Positions 1 through 12,486 of a stretch of DNA of 64,000 nucleotides are shown in pieces (within the stretch, counting starts at the first letter, position 1; the number at the start of each line of letters is the position of its first letter). The position numbers and the translations under genes are program-made. Location: positions 448,001-512,000 of the forward strand of contig CBDCSU010000004.1 of NCBI GenBank assembly GCA_965221775.1. Reading direction: 5' to 3'. The DNA comes from Candidatus Latescibacterota bacterium. Lineage in GTDB: Bacteria; Latescibacterota; UBA2968; UBA8231. The notes below the pieces were generated by a model. That model made no database searches and was not told the origin of the DNA. It saw only the letters and a list, made by a program, of their open reading frames with translations.

Positions 1-78
1 GCGAAACAGCTTGATCCGGTCCTCTACCTCCTCGATGGAACGCAGCAGTTCCTCCTCGACACCTGTGTCGGCAGACAC
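1..78 (-). CDS. Hypothetical protein, N-terminal part (runs off the window edge)
   Basis: GTG at 78 preceded by a GGAG RBS; reads MSADTGVEEELLRSIEEVEDRIKLFR with no stop before the edge. Not in the ORF track. Confidence 0.5.
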   Translation of the reverse strand, partial: MSADTGVEEELLRSIEEVEDRIKLFR

Positions 79-209
79 GGTTCCGTCTCCTCGTTGTGGA
101 CATCGGGGAACGGGTCGGCGACCGGCTCGGGGGAGAGCCGCAGCCGACGGCAGGGAGGGTCGAACGGTCAGCGCGGCAGTCCTTCCGGGCCGCGCCAGGG
201 GATCGGGCC

Positions 210-1070
210 TCAAGCCCGGCTGTACGTGCGCAACTGATCGCAGCGGCTGGGGTGCCGCAGGCGATGCAGAGCCTTCTCCTTGATCTGGCGAACCCGCTCC
301 CTCGTCAGATCGAAGCGTGCGCCGATCTGATCGAGGGTCATCGGTTCCTCGCCGTCGAGACCGAAGTAGAGCCGCAGGATCTCGGCTTCACGGCTGAGCA
401 GACTTCCCAGGGCGCTGTCGATCTGGCCGCGCAGACACCCTTTCATCACCTCGATCTCCGGCGACTCCTGACGGTCGTCGGGAAGCACGTCGAGGAGACT
501 CTGCTCCTCCTCCTCGCGGAAGGTCGCATCGAGAGACCGTACCCGGCGACCGCAGAGGATCGTCTCCTTCACCTCCTCCACCGGCACGTTCAACTCGGCG
601 GCAATGTCCTCCGGCTCGGGAGCGTCGGACCGCTGCTGCATGAGCTGGCGCGAGGCCTTGGAGATCTTGTAGAGCAGGCCGATCTTGTTGAGGGGCATGC
701 GAACAGTGCGCGCCTGCTCGGCGAGGGTTTGCAGAATCGCCTGGCGAATCCACCAGACGGCGTAGGAGATGAACTTGAAGCCCTTCTCCTCGTCGAAACG
801 CTCGGCTGCGGTGATCAGACCCATGTTGCCCGCGCTGATCAGATCGGCGAGGGGTACTCCGCGGTTCTGATACTCCTTGGCCACGCTGACCACGAAGCGC
901 AGGTTGGCTTCCACAAGAGCGTTGCGCGCACTCTCGTCACCGGCCTTGATCCTCCGGGCCAGCGCCACCTCTTCGCCCGCGGAAAGAGGCTTGGAGTTGG
1001 AGATCTCCCCGAGATAGCTGCCGAGGGAGTCCTCCATGTCCCAGAAGGGAGCCTTCGCTTGCTCGGCCAT
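210..1070 (-). CDS. RNA polymerase sigma-70 factor, RpoD/SigA family (short, no region 1.1)
   Basis: Region 1.2 (SLGSYLGEI), region 2 (NLRFVVSVAKEY, DLISAGNMGL, GFKFISYAVWWIRQAI), region 4 HTH (TLDQIGARFDLTRERVRQI). Confidence 0.95.
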   Translation of the reverse strand: MAEQAKAPFWDMEDSLGSYLGEISNSKPLSAGEEVALARRIKAGDESARNALVEANLRFVVSVAKEYQNRGVPLADLISAGNMGLITAAERFDEEKGFKFISYAVWWIRQAILQTLAEQARTVRMPLNKIGLLYKISKASRQLMQQRSDAPEPEDIAAELNVPVEEVKETILCGRRVRSLDATFREEEEQSLLDVLPDDRQESPEIEVMKGCLRGQIDSALGSLLSREAEILRLYFGLDGEEPMTLDQIGARFDLTRERVRQIKEKALHRLRHPSRCDQLRTYSRA

Positions 1071-1151
1071 GGCCTCGCCTGTGGGCCGGAGCCGGCGACA
1101 CGACAGCCGGACCCGGCGTGGTACCTAATGATAGGTGGGCGGCCCGGGCAA

Positions 1152-1181
1152 AATTTAGACGGCTCTGCGAAAGGCTGTCAA
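1152..1181 (-). promoter_or_regulatory. Putative sigma70 promoter of the sigma factor gene
   Basis: Minus strand TTGACA-N18-TAAATT, about 80 nt upstream of the ATG. Confidence 0.55.
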
Positions 1182-1210
1182 GCTTCCGCGGAACCCGGGC
1201 CGGCGGCCCG

Positions 1211-1963
1211 TCAGGGAGGTCGGGCGTCTGACTCGGGGCCCTTCAAGGCACCGCTCTGAGCCCGTATCAGCCGCTCGATCCCCGAAGCGCACAACTCGAT
1301 CAGGTGGGCGCACTCCCGGCGTTTCAGGGGTGAACCCTCGGCCGTCGCCTGGACTTCGACGATCTCGCCGTCGGCGGTCATCACCGCGTTGAGGTCGGTA
1401 TCGGCCGAGGCGTCCTCCACATAGCACAGATCCAGCATCGGGGAGCCTCGCACGATCCCGGCGCTCACGGCCGCCAGCTGGGTGGTCACAGGATCGGCGG
1501 GCAACTCGCCGTCGGCCCGCCATCGCCGGACCGCGAGGCGAAGGGCCACGAAGGCGCCCGTGATCGCCGCGGTGCGGGTTCCCCCGTCCGCCTGCAGCAC
1601 GTCGCAGTCGATGTATACGGTGCGCTCGCCGAGAACGGACAGATCGACGGCGGCCCTCAGGGAGCGTCCGATGAGCCGCTGGATCTCGCGTGAGCGGCTG
1701 TTCGGCCGCCCGGTGGAGGTCTCCCGGGTGATCCGCTGCGGCGAGGAGCCGGGCAGCATACCGTACTCGGCGGTCAGCCAGCCCTTGCCCCGTCCGATGA
1801 GAAAGGGGGGTACCCGGTTCTCGAGGGAGGCCGTGCACATCACCCGGGTCCGGCCCATCTCCATCAGCACCGCCCCGGGGGCTGTGTCGACGAAACCGGG
1901 GGTGATGCGCACCGGGCGCAGTTGATCCGGCTCCCGTCCGTCGGCCCGGCGGGAACCGGTCAC
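1211..1963 (-). CDS. rph: Ribonuclease PH
   Basis: RADGREPDQLRPV, GWLTAEYGMLP, EIQRLIGRSLR, DCDVLQADGGTRTAAITG, LDLCYVEDASADTDLN. Start placed at GTG 1963, overlapping the upstream stop (GTGA). Confidence 0.96.
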   Translation of the reverse strand: MTGSRRADGREPDQLRPVRITPGFVDTAPGAVLMEMGRTRVMCTASLENRVPPFLIGRGKGWLTAEYGMLPGSSPQRITRETSTGRPNSRSREIQRLIGRSLRAAVDLSVLGERTVYIDCDVLQADGGTRTAAITGAFVALRLAVRRWRADGELPADPVTTQLAAVSAGIVRGSPMLDLCYVEDASADTDLNAVMTADGEIVEVQATAEGSPLKRRECAHLIELCASGIERLIRAQSGALKGPESDARPP

Positions 1964-2781
1964 GACTCCATGTACGAGCGGTAGTCCTGCCCCTTCATGT
2001 CGACGACGTAGCACATCTCCACCAGGCGCGACAGGATTCGCCCACCCTCGGGCTCGCCCATCTCCTGGCGCGACTGGTTGGTGGTCACGATGGTGAAACG
2101 TTCCTCGCCGTAGCGGGCGTCGACGAGATCGTAGAGCATCTCCTTCTCCCAATCGGTGCCGCGCTCGACGCCGAAATCATCGAGCACCAGATAGGGGATA
2201 TTGCACAGTTCCTCGATGATCTGCCAGGTGCGGCCGTAGTGCTCGCTCTCCTGGGAGTAGGTGGCGCGCACCTTCTGGAAGTAACGCGACAGGTTGACGA
2301 AGCGACCGGCGCGGGCCCTTCGGAGCAACACCTCGTTGAGCAGGATGCAGGCCAGAAGGCTCTTGCCCGTGCCGGGCGGCCCGTGCAAGAGGTAGCCGCG
2401 CCGGGGATCGCGGTCGTCGTTCACCAAGGCGGTAAGGTAGTCGAGGACGGGCCGTACCCGGCGCTCCACCAACAGAGCGGTACCGTCGGGAGCCACGGCC
2501 TGGAAGTCGCCCCGGAACTTGAAACGAAAGCGGGTCGGCACCTCGGCCTCGCGGAACAGGCTCTTCACGTGGGCCAGACGGCGGCGGGCGGTATGGCAGG
2601 GACACCACCTGCGCTGGGAGTTGTCGTCCCAGAACTGGTAGGGCGGGCGGCCCTGGCATCGGCACACGTCGGATATGCACGAGCACAGGACCAGATCTCC
2701 GAACCGGCCGACCTCCACCTCGCCGTCGTAGCGCACACCGTGACCGCCGCAAACGGAGCACGGCTCGGGCGGCTGCGTCAT
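1960..2781 (-). CDS. DnaC/IstB-like AAA+ ATPase with Cys-rich N-terminus
   Basis: Walker A GPPGTGKS, Walker B LVLDDFG, LYDLVDARY, TIVTTN, RILSRLVEMC, GQDYR; N-terminal CxxC plus three CxC pairs. Confidence 0.85.
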   Translation of the reverse strand: MTQPPEPCSVCGGHGVRYDGEVEVGRFGDLVLCSCISDVCRCQGRPPYQFWDDNSQRRWCPCHTARRRLAHVKSLFREAEVPTRFRFKFRGDFQAVAPDGTALLVERRVRPVLDYLTALVNDDRDPRRGYLLHGPPGTGKSLLACILLNEVLLRRARAGRFVNLSRYFQKVRATYSQESEHYGRTWQIIEELCNIPYLVLDDFGVERGTDWEKEMLYDLVDARYGEERFTIVTTNQSRQEMGEPEGGRILSRLVEMCYVVDMKGQDYRSYMES

Positions 2782-3269
2782 CCTCCGTCCCTCGCGGCCA
2801 GAGCCCTGTCGACGGCGAGCTTCGCGTCGCGCCGGGCGATCTCCCGGCGCCGATCGTACTGACGCTTGCCGCGCACCACGCCGACCTCCACCTTGGCCCG
2901 ACCACCCTGGAAGAACAGCCGGAGAGGAACCATGGTGAGCCCCCTCTCCTCGGTGCGGACGCCCAATCGACGGATCTCGGCCCGGTGGAGAAGCAGCTTC
3001 CGGGACCTGCCGGGATCGTGGTTGGCGCGGTTGCCCCCGGCATAGGGCTCGATCCGGACCCCGTGCAGGAAGACCTCCCCGTTCTCGATTCGGGCGTACC
3101 CGTCGCTCAGGTTGGCGTCCCCTTTGCGCAGGGACTTGACCTCCGTGCCCACCAGAACCAGACCCGCCACCACGGTGTCAAGGATCTCGTAGTCGTGCCG
3201 CGCGCGCCGGTTCCTCGCCACGAGGTGAAGGCCCCCTGCCGGGGTGCTGTGATCCTCCCTGCTCGGCAT
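2778..3269 (-). CDS. smpB: SsrA-binding protein
   Basis: NRRARHDYEI, AGLVLVGTEVKSLR, RKLLLHRAEI, GKRQYDRR. Confidence 0.97.
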   Translation of the reverse strand: MPSREDHSTPAGGLHLVARNRRARHDYEILDTVVAGLVLVGTEVKSLRKGDANLSDGYARIENGEVFLHGVRIEPYAGGNRANHDPGRSRKLLLHRAEIRRLGVRTEERGLTMVPLRLFFQGGRAKVEVGVVRGKRQYDRRREIARRDAKLAVDRALAARDGG

Positions 3270-3279
3270 CCCTGTCTCC

Positions 3280-3307
3280 TTGACGGGAAGGGCGTCGGAT
3301 CTAAGTT
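3280..3307 (+). promoter_or_regulatory. Putative sigma70 promoter of tRNA-Leu
   Basis: TTGACG-N16-TAAGTT about 20 nt upstream of the tRNA. Confidence 0.45.
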
Positions 3308-3328
3308 ACGATGGTTCCCGTGCGGAGT

Positions 3329-3415
3329 GCCGATGTGGCGAAATTGGTAGACGCGCTGCGTTCAGGGCGCAGTGGGGATTTCCCCGTGGGGGTTCGAGTC
3401 CCTCCATCGGCACCA
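3329..3415 (+). tRNA. tRNA-Leu (CAG)
   Basis: GCCGATG/CATCGGC acceptor stem, anticodon arm CTGCG-TTCAGGG-CGCAG, long variable arm, GGTTCGAGTCC T-loop, encoded CCA. Confidence 0.97.
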
Positions 3416-3425
3416 GGAATCGAAC

Positions 3426-3460
3426 AAAGCGGCGGTCCGGAGTGGACCGCCGCTTTTTGT
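3426..3460 (+). terminator. Rho-independent terminator after tRNA-Leu
   Basis: AAAGCGGCGGTCC-GGAGT-GGACCGCCGCTTTTT hairpin with T tract. Confidence 0.85.
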
Positions 3461-3592
3461 TTCGGGCTCGACAATCTACCCGAAACCACGAAGCCATGCA
3501 AGTTGACGAGCAGTTTAGGTATGATGTTATTTGATTGCCACTCAACATCTTGAGACAATCAACCTCATCCCAATCAGGAAGGATGACCACCC

Positions 3593-3970
3593 ATGGCCGT
3601 GCTCCTGCACACCCGCGTCCGAGTCAGCGACCTGGACCGCTCTATCGACTGGTACTGCAAGCATCTGGGTTTCGAGGTCCTCAGCCGCACGGACAAGTCC
3701 CCCGCGGGCAATCACATCGCTCACCTCGAGCTGCCGGGCAACGACCACACACTCGAGTTTACCTGGTCGCCCGAGTATGTGCTGAAGGTCCCCGAGGACC
3801 TGCTTCATTTCGCTATCGGCGTGCCGAATCTGATCGATTTCTGCGACCGGCTGGAGAAGGACGGCATCGAGATCTGGCCGGCGGACTGGCGGGCCAGTTT
3901 TCCCGCGGGACGGAAGATGGCCTTCATAGACGATCCGGACGGATACGAGATCGAGTTGCTCGAGCGCTGA
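3593..3970 (+). CDS. VOC family protein, lactoylglutathione lyase (glyoxalase I)-like
   Basis: LLHTRVRVSDLDRSIDWY, HFAIGV, AFIDDPDGYEIELLE. Confidence 0.85.
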   Translation: MAVLLHTRVRVSDLDRSIDWYCKHLGFEVLSRTDKSPAGNHIAHLELPGNDHTLEFTWSPEYVLKVPEDLLHFAIGVPNLIDFCDRLEKDGIEIWPADWRASFPAGRKMAFIDDPDGYEIELLER

Positions 3971-3991
3971 AGGCCACTCCGGCGGAACGGA

Positions 3992-5449
3992 TCACCGCCG
4001 CCGGACGGCCCCGGGATACCTGGAGAGGATGAAGTCGCGAGCCGTCCGCCCTCCCACCAGGTCGTGGTTGTTCCGCAGGCACCAGACCCGGAATGCATCG
4101 AGAAGGCTCTCCTCCCCCTCCGGGATCCCGGCACGGCGCGCGTAGTCGAGCAGGATCGACTCGTACTGACTCTTGCCAGGGAGATCGAGAAACACCTTGA
4201 GGGCGAAGCGATCGTCGAGGGCCCGCCTCTCGTCGAGACGCTGGAAGGCCTGGGGATCGTAAGGCCCGGGTGCGGGCGGGGCCGTGGTCCTCCTGTCCGC
4301 CGGTGCATCCTCCACCTGCAGGGGGGGCGGGCCCTGAGGCCTGTCCCCTTCGCGGTCGATCAGGTCCTTGAAGTTCGAGGTGGCGTAGAAGACCAGGTTC
4401 ACGGGGACCTGCTCGAGGCCGCCGTCCAGGACGCTCGACAGGGCCCTGGCCGAAGAGCCGCGGCGGTCGAGGCCGATGTTGTCGAGGACGGCGATGAACC
4501 GCTCCCTCCGGTGCCGCACGAGAGCGAACAACCGGGTAAGGAGTTCGTAGCTGGCGGCCGGGACTTCGACGCCGCGGAGCCCCCGCTCCCAGTACCGGGT
4601 GATGAGTCCGCGGATCAGGGAGGACTTGCCGCATCCCCGCGGCCCCCAGATGAGGGCATTGTGGGCCCGGTACCCGTCCAGGAGGTTGCGCGTGTTCCCC
4701 TCCAGGAGCCGCATGCGCTCCTCGTTGCCCGCCAGCCACCTGAGGTCGAAGGCATCGAAGTCGCGGATGGGGGTGAGCCCGGGCCGGCCGGCCTCGACGA
4801 GCTCCAGGCGATAGGCGGGGCAGCCCTGTTCCCTCCCGAGGCCGAAGCGGTGGACCAGCTCGCCCAGGCCGCCGACCAACTCCTGCCAATCGGGAGACGC
4901 CTCCTCGAACCGTTCGCGCAACCGGCAGTGGTAGCTGGAGACCGACCAGGGAGGGGCCTCCATCGCCCAGGGGTCGGGGGTGACCGCCGCCTCGCGGGGG
5001 GCCCCGGGCTCGGGACCGGATGCGGCCTCGCCGACGCAGGCGTCGACTGCCTGCGCAACCGACCTGAGCCGCCGCAGGTCCTCGACCATCCTCTCGGAGA
5101 AGACGGCGGGCACGCCCTCCGGCCCCAGGACGGCGCACCGCCGCAGATAGGGGTGCGAATCGTCGGTGCAGATACGGTCGCCGAGGTACCGGACGAAGGA
5201 TCCGGTCCGGGACGCGGAGACCGCCGTGCACGCCTCGATGAGACGCCATCGGCTGGCGGTCAGCCGGGCGTCGTCCCGGCAGGTTCCGGCCCGGGCGGAG
5301 CGGTCCAGCAGATCGCCGGCGGCCCGGGCCACGGCCGGAGGCAGGATCGGCCAGTCGGCCAGAATGGCCTCCAGCAGGCCCCGGGCACTCGCAGGTGAGG
5401 CCGGGGCATCGTTGGCCGCGCCCGTGGGCCGGCGGACACACCCCGTCAA
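3992..5449 (-). CDS. DUF815-family AAA+ ATPase
   Basis: NALIWGPRGCGKSS, FIAVLDN, SVLDGGLE, NLVFYATSN, ALDDRFAL, GGRTARDF. Start uncertain; TTG at 5449 overlaps the upstream stop. Confidence 0.75.
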   Translation of the reverse strand: MTGCVRRPTGAANDAPASPASARGLLEAILADWPILPPAVARAAGDLLDRSARAGTCRDDARLTASRWRLIEACTAVSASRTGSFVRYLGDRICTDDSHPYLRRCAVLGPEGVPAVFSERMVEDLRRLRSVAQAVDACVGEAASGPEPGAPREAAVTPDPWAMEAPPWSVSSYHCRLRERFEEASPDWQELVGGLGELVHRFGLGREQGCPAYRLELVEAGRPGLTPIRDFDAFDLRWLAGNEERMRLLEGNTRNLLDGYRAHNALIWGPRGCGKSSLIRGLITRYWERGLRGVEVPAASYELLTRLFALVRHRRERFIAVLDNIGLDRRGSSARALSSVLDGGLEQVPVNLVFYATSNFKDLIDREGDRPQGPPPLQVEDAPADRRTTAPPAPGPYDPQAFQRLDERRALDDRFALKVFLDLPGKSQYESILLDYARRAGIPEGEESLLDAFRVWCLRNNHDLVGGRTARDFILSRYPGAVRRR

Positions 5450-5718
5450 GGGCGCTTCCTGGTCCAAAGGGGGCCGTCCGGAGTGTCGGTGACCATCACC
5501 CCCGCGGCGATGTCGGTGAGGTTCATCACGTGCTCGACCTCGAACCACCGGTACGTCAGATAGCGCTTGAGCACATCGTAGAAGAGGAAGCACCGGAAGT
5601 TCCCGATGTGGGAGTAGTCCCACACCGTCGGGCCGCAGCTGTACATCCGCACTCTCCCGGGCTCGAGGGGCTCGAAGGAGCGCTTGCCCCGGCTGGGAGT
5701 GTCGTGGAAGCGGATCAT
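5446..5718 (-). pseudogene. cysS: Internally deleted cysteinyl-tRNA synthetase (N-terminus joined to extreme C-terminus, 90 aa)
   Basis: MIRFHDT..KRSFEPLEPGRVRMYSCGPTVWDYSHIGNFRCFLFYDVLKRYL..VMNLTDI continues directly into AAGVMVTDTPDGPLWTRK, which resembles the CysRS C-terminal tail. Confidence 0.85.
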
Positions 5719-5822
5719 CGGGCCCGCCTGGACTCCCGCCGGGAGAGGCTGATGGTCTGTCTCTCGGAGAGCTCCATGGCCACCTGTCGGTCGCTGGGAA
5801 CCACCACTTCCGACGCTGGGAG

Positions 5823-5850
5823 AAGGGGCCGCAGATCCATGCGGCCCCTT
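5823..5850 (-). terminator. Hairpin downstream of tRNA-Arg, possible terminator
   Basis: AAGGGGCCGCA-GATCCA-TGCGGCCCCTT, a perfect 11-bp inverted repeat; weak T tract. Confidence 0.5.
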
Positions 5851-5899
5851 CGACCCGGACCTCGAGGGATCCCGGGGAACGGATTCCGACTCGAGCCGC

Positions 5900-5976
5900 T
5901 GGTACCCCCGACAGGATTCGAACCTGTGACCCACAGATTAGGAATCTGTTGCTCTATCCTGCTGAGCTACGGGGGC
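5900..5976 (-). tRNA. tRNA-Arg (CCT)
   Basis: Reverse complement GCCCCCGTAGCTCAGCAGGATAGAGCAACAGATTCCTAATCTGTGGGTCACAGGTTCGAATCCTGTCGGGGGTACCA; anticodon CCT; CCA end. Confidence 0.97.
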
Positions 5977-6047
5977 AAGAGGGACGATGGGAACTCCCGG
6001 GGTCGGAAAATGGATACGGTTCTTCCGTCTCGGGAGCCATCCCGAAT

Positions 6048-6076
6048 AGGGTACGGGCGGCGGCGGCGGCGGTCAA
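6048..6076 (-). promoter_or_regulatory. Putative sigma70 promoter of tRNA-Arg
   Basis: Minus strand TTGACC-N17-TACCCT. Confidence 0.45.
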
Positions 6077-6119
6077 TGAACCGCGGGGCGATGGCCCGGG
6101 CAGCGGGCTCTGCGAGCTG

Positions 6120-6148
6120 TTGACAGGCCCCGGGGGCCGGCCTACCTT
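6120..6148 (+). promoter_or_regulatory. Putative sigma70 promoter of the act-cox operon
   Basis: TTGACA-N17-TACCTT, about 125 nt upstream of actA. Confidence 0.65.
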
Positions 6149-6273
6149 ACAGCCCTCGTTCGACCCGCGTCGCGAGACCTGCCACTCCGTCGCGACTCCC
6201 CGCACTGAAACAGAGCACCGCAAACCGCCCTCCTTGGCCCGAGGCAGGCCAGGGTCCGGCTCCGAGTGTGTAG

Positions 6274-6926
6274 ATGGCGCAGGTTTTCCATCGCAGCATC
6301 AACTGGGTCGCCAAGCTGTCCATCCTCCTCCTGCTCGCCCTCGCCGGTCTGTTCCTCGCTATCCTGTTGAACATCAACCGGCTCGACTACGTCAGCCACG
6401 TGGGCCTGGCCAAGGACCAGCCGGTCCCCTTCTCGCACAAACACCACGTCACCGGCATGGGCATCGACTGCCGGTACTGCCACACGAGCGTCGAGGAGTC
6501 CGCCTTCGCCGGCATCCCGCCCGTGGAGACGTGCATGAGTTGCCACTCCCTGGTCTGGACCGAGGCCCCGCTGCTCGAGCCCGTCCGCGCGGCCTGGCGG
6601 GACGAGGTTCCGCTGCAGTGGACCCGGATCCACGACCTGCCCGACTTCGTGTACTTCCGGCACGACATCCACGTCGCCAAGGGGGTCGGCTGCACCAGCT
6701 GTCACGGACCGGTCGACCAGATGCCCCTCATGTACAAGGAGAACACCCTGAACATGGAGTGGTGCCTCGAGTGTCACCGCGAGCCCGAGAGGCAGATCCG
6801 GCCTCGCGACCAGGTGTTTGACGTGACCTGGTCCCCCCCCGCTGACCAGGAGCGCGCCGGAGCGCGGCTGGTGGAGGAGTACGACGTGCAGGTTTCGCAG
6901 CTGACCGACTGTTCGGTCTGTCACCT

Positions 6927-6930
<4 letters not shown>
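6274..6930 (+). CDS. actA: Alternative complex III pentaheme cytochrome c subunit
   Basis: N-terminal TM helix; five CxxCH motifs (CRYCH, CMSCH, CTSCH, CLECH, CSVCH); QPVPFSHKHH. Confidence 0.93.
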
Positions 6931-9980
<3,050 letters not shown>

Positions 9981-9981
9981 G

Positions 9982-11355
<1,374 letters not shown>

Positions 11356-11359
11356 CCGG

Positions 11360-11905
11360 ATGAACGACCCCGCCCCCGCCGCGGCCCATGGCCTGATGGC
11401 CGAGTTCGAACGTCCCGAGGATCTCCTCGCGGCGGCGAAGAAGGCCTACGCCGAAGGCTACCGGCGCATGGACGCCTACTCCCCCCTGCCGATCCACGGC
11501 CTGGCGGCGGCGATCGGGTTCCCGCGCACGAACCTGCCCATCGGCACCTTCCTGTGCGGACTGCTCGGCGGAGTGTGCGGCTACGGCCTGCAATACTGGG
11601 TGCACGTCATCGACTACCCGATCAATATCGGCGGCCGGCCGATGCACTCCGGTCCGATGTTCATCCCCGTCACCTTCGAGCTGACCATCCTCTTTGCGGC
11701 CATCGGCACCGTGGTTGGGCTGATCCTGCTCAACCGGCTGCCCCAGCCCCACCATCCGGTCTTCAACGTGCCCGCCTTCGAGCGCGCCAGCCAGGACCGT
11801 TTCTTCCTGTGCATCGAGTCCGAAGACGATCGCTACGACGCGGGCTCGACCCGGACCTTCCTCGAGGGATTGGGAGCGGTGGAGGTCTCGGAGGTGCAAC
11901 CCTGA
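11360..11905 (+). CDS. actD: Alternative complex III subunit D (DUF3341)
   Basis: GLMAEF, DAYSPLPIHGL, PINIGGRP, FIPVTFELTIL; operon position. Confidence 0.92.
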   Translation: MNDPAPAAAHGLMAEFERPEDLLAAAKKAYAEGYRRMDAYSPLPIHGLAAAIGFPRTNLPIGTFLCGLLGGVCGYGLQYWVHVIDYPINIGGRPMHSGPMFIPVTFELTILFAAIGTVVGLILLNRLPQPHHPVFNVPAFERASQDRFFLCIESEDDRYDAGSTRTFLEGLGAVEVSEVQP

Positions 11906-11907
11906 CA

Positions 11908-12486
11908 ATGACGCGCGCCACCCTCCTCCGCGCGGCCCTGGCGGCTTTGCTCCTGCTGCCGGGATGCGACCTGCGCCAACGCATGTACGACCAGCCCAAG
12001 TACGAGGCGCACGAAGCGACTCCCTTCTTCGACGACGGCCTGAGCGCCCGGCCGGCCGTGGAGGGCACCGTCGCCCGGGGCCAGCTCCGCTTCGACGAGC
12101 ACTACTGGGAAGGCCGGGTCGATGGAGAGCTGGCTGCGGCTCTGCCCGCCCGGGTGGCCTTCGACCGCGGTCTGCTCGACCGGGGCCGCGAGAGGTTCGA
12201 GATTTTCTGCTCTCCCTGCCACGGCCGCACCGGCCGCGGCGACGGCATGATCGTGCAACGAGGCCTGAAGCGGCCCCCCTCCTTCCACGAGGAGCGCCTG
12301 CGGGAGGCGGCCATCGGCTATTTCTACGACGTTCAGACCAACGGGTTCGGCGCCATGTTCAGCTACGCCTCGCGAGTCCCCGTTCCGGACCGCTGGGCCA
12401 TCGCCGCCTACGTCCGGGCCCTGCAGCTGAGCCAGCGCGCCGAGTTCGACCAGCTGCCCCCTGAAGATCAGAGACAGCTTCCGTGA
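11908..12486 (+). CDS. actE: Alternative complex III monoheme cytochrome c lipoprotein
   Basis: Lipobox LLPGC, MYDQPKY, CSPCHG, DRWAIAAYVRALQ; ATG at 11908. Confidence 0.92.
   Translation: MTRATLLRAALAALLLLPGCDLRQRMYDQPKYEAHEATPFFDDGLSARPAVEGTVARGQLRFDEHYWEGRVDGELAAALPARVAFDRGLLDRGRERFEIFCSPCHGRTGRGDGMIVQRGLKRPPSFHEERLREAAIGYFYDVQTNGFGAMFSYASRVPVPDRWAIAAYVRALQLSQRAEFDQLPPEDQRQLP

Noticed and set aside
1960-2781. IS21 element suggested by the IstB-like ATPase
   Set aside because: No istA transposase, terminal inverted repeats or target duplication; the gene overlaps housekeeping neighbours.
2767-2781. DnaC-like protein and DnaB both begin MTQPP (TrpB begins MTQP)
   Set aside because: Too short and composed of GC-rich codons; probably coincidence.
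3503-3525. TTGACG..TATGAT promoter for the glyoxalase gene
   Set aside because: The spacer is only 11 nt, incompatible with a sigma70 promoter.
3270-3592. tmRNA (ssrA) next to smpB
   Set aside because: The structured RNA here is a standard tRNA-Leu; no tmRNA ends or tag frame were seen.
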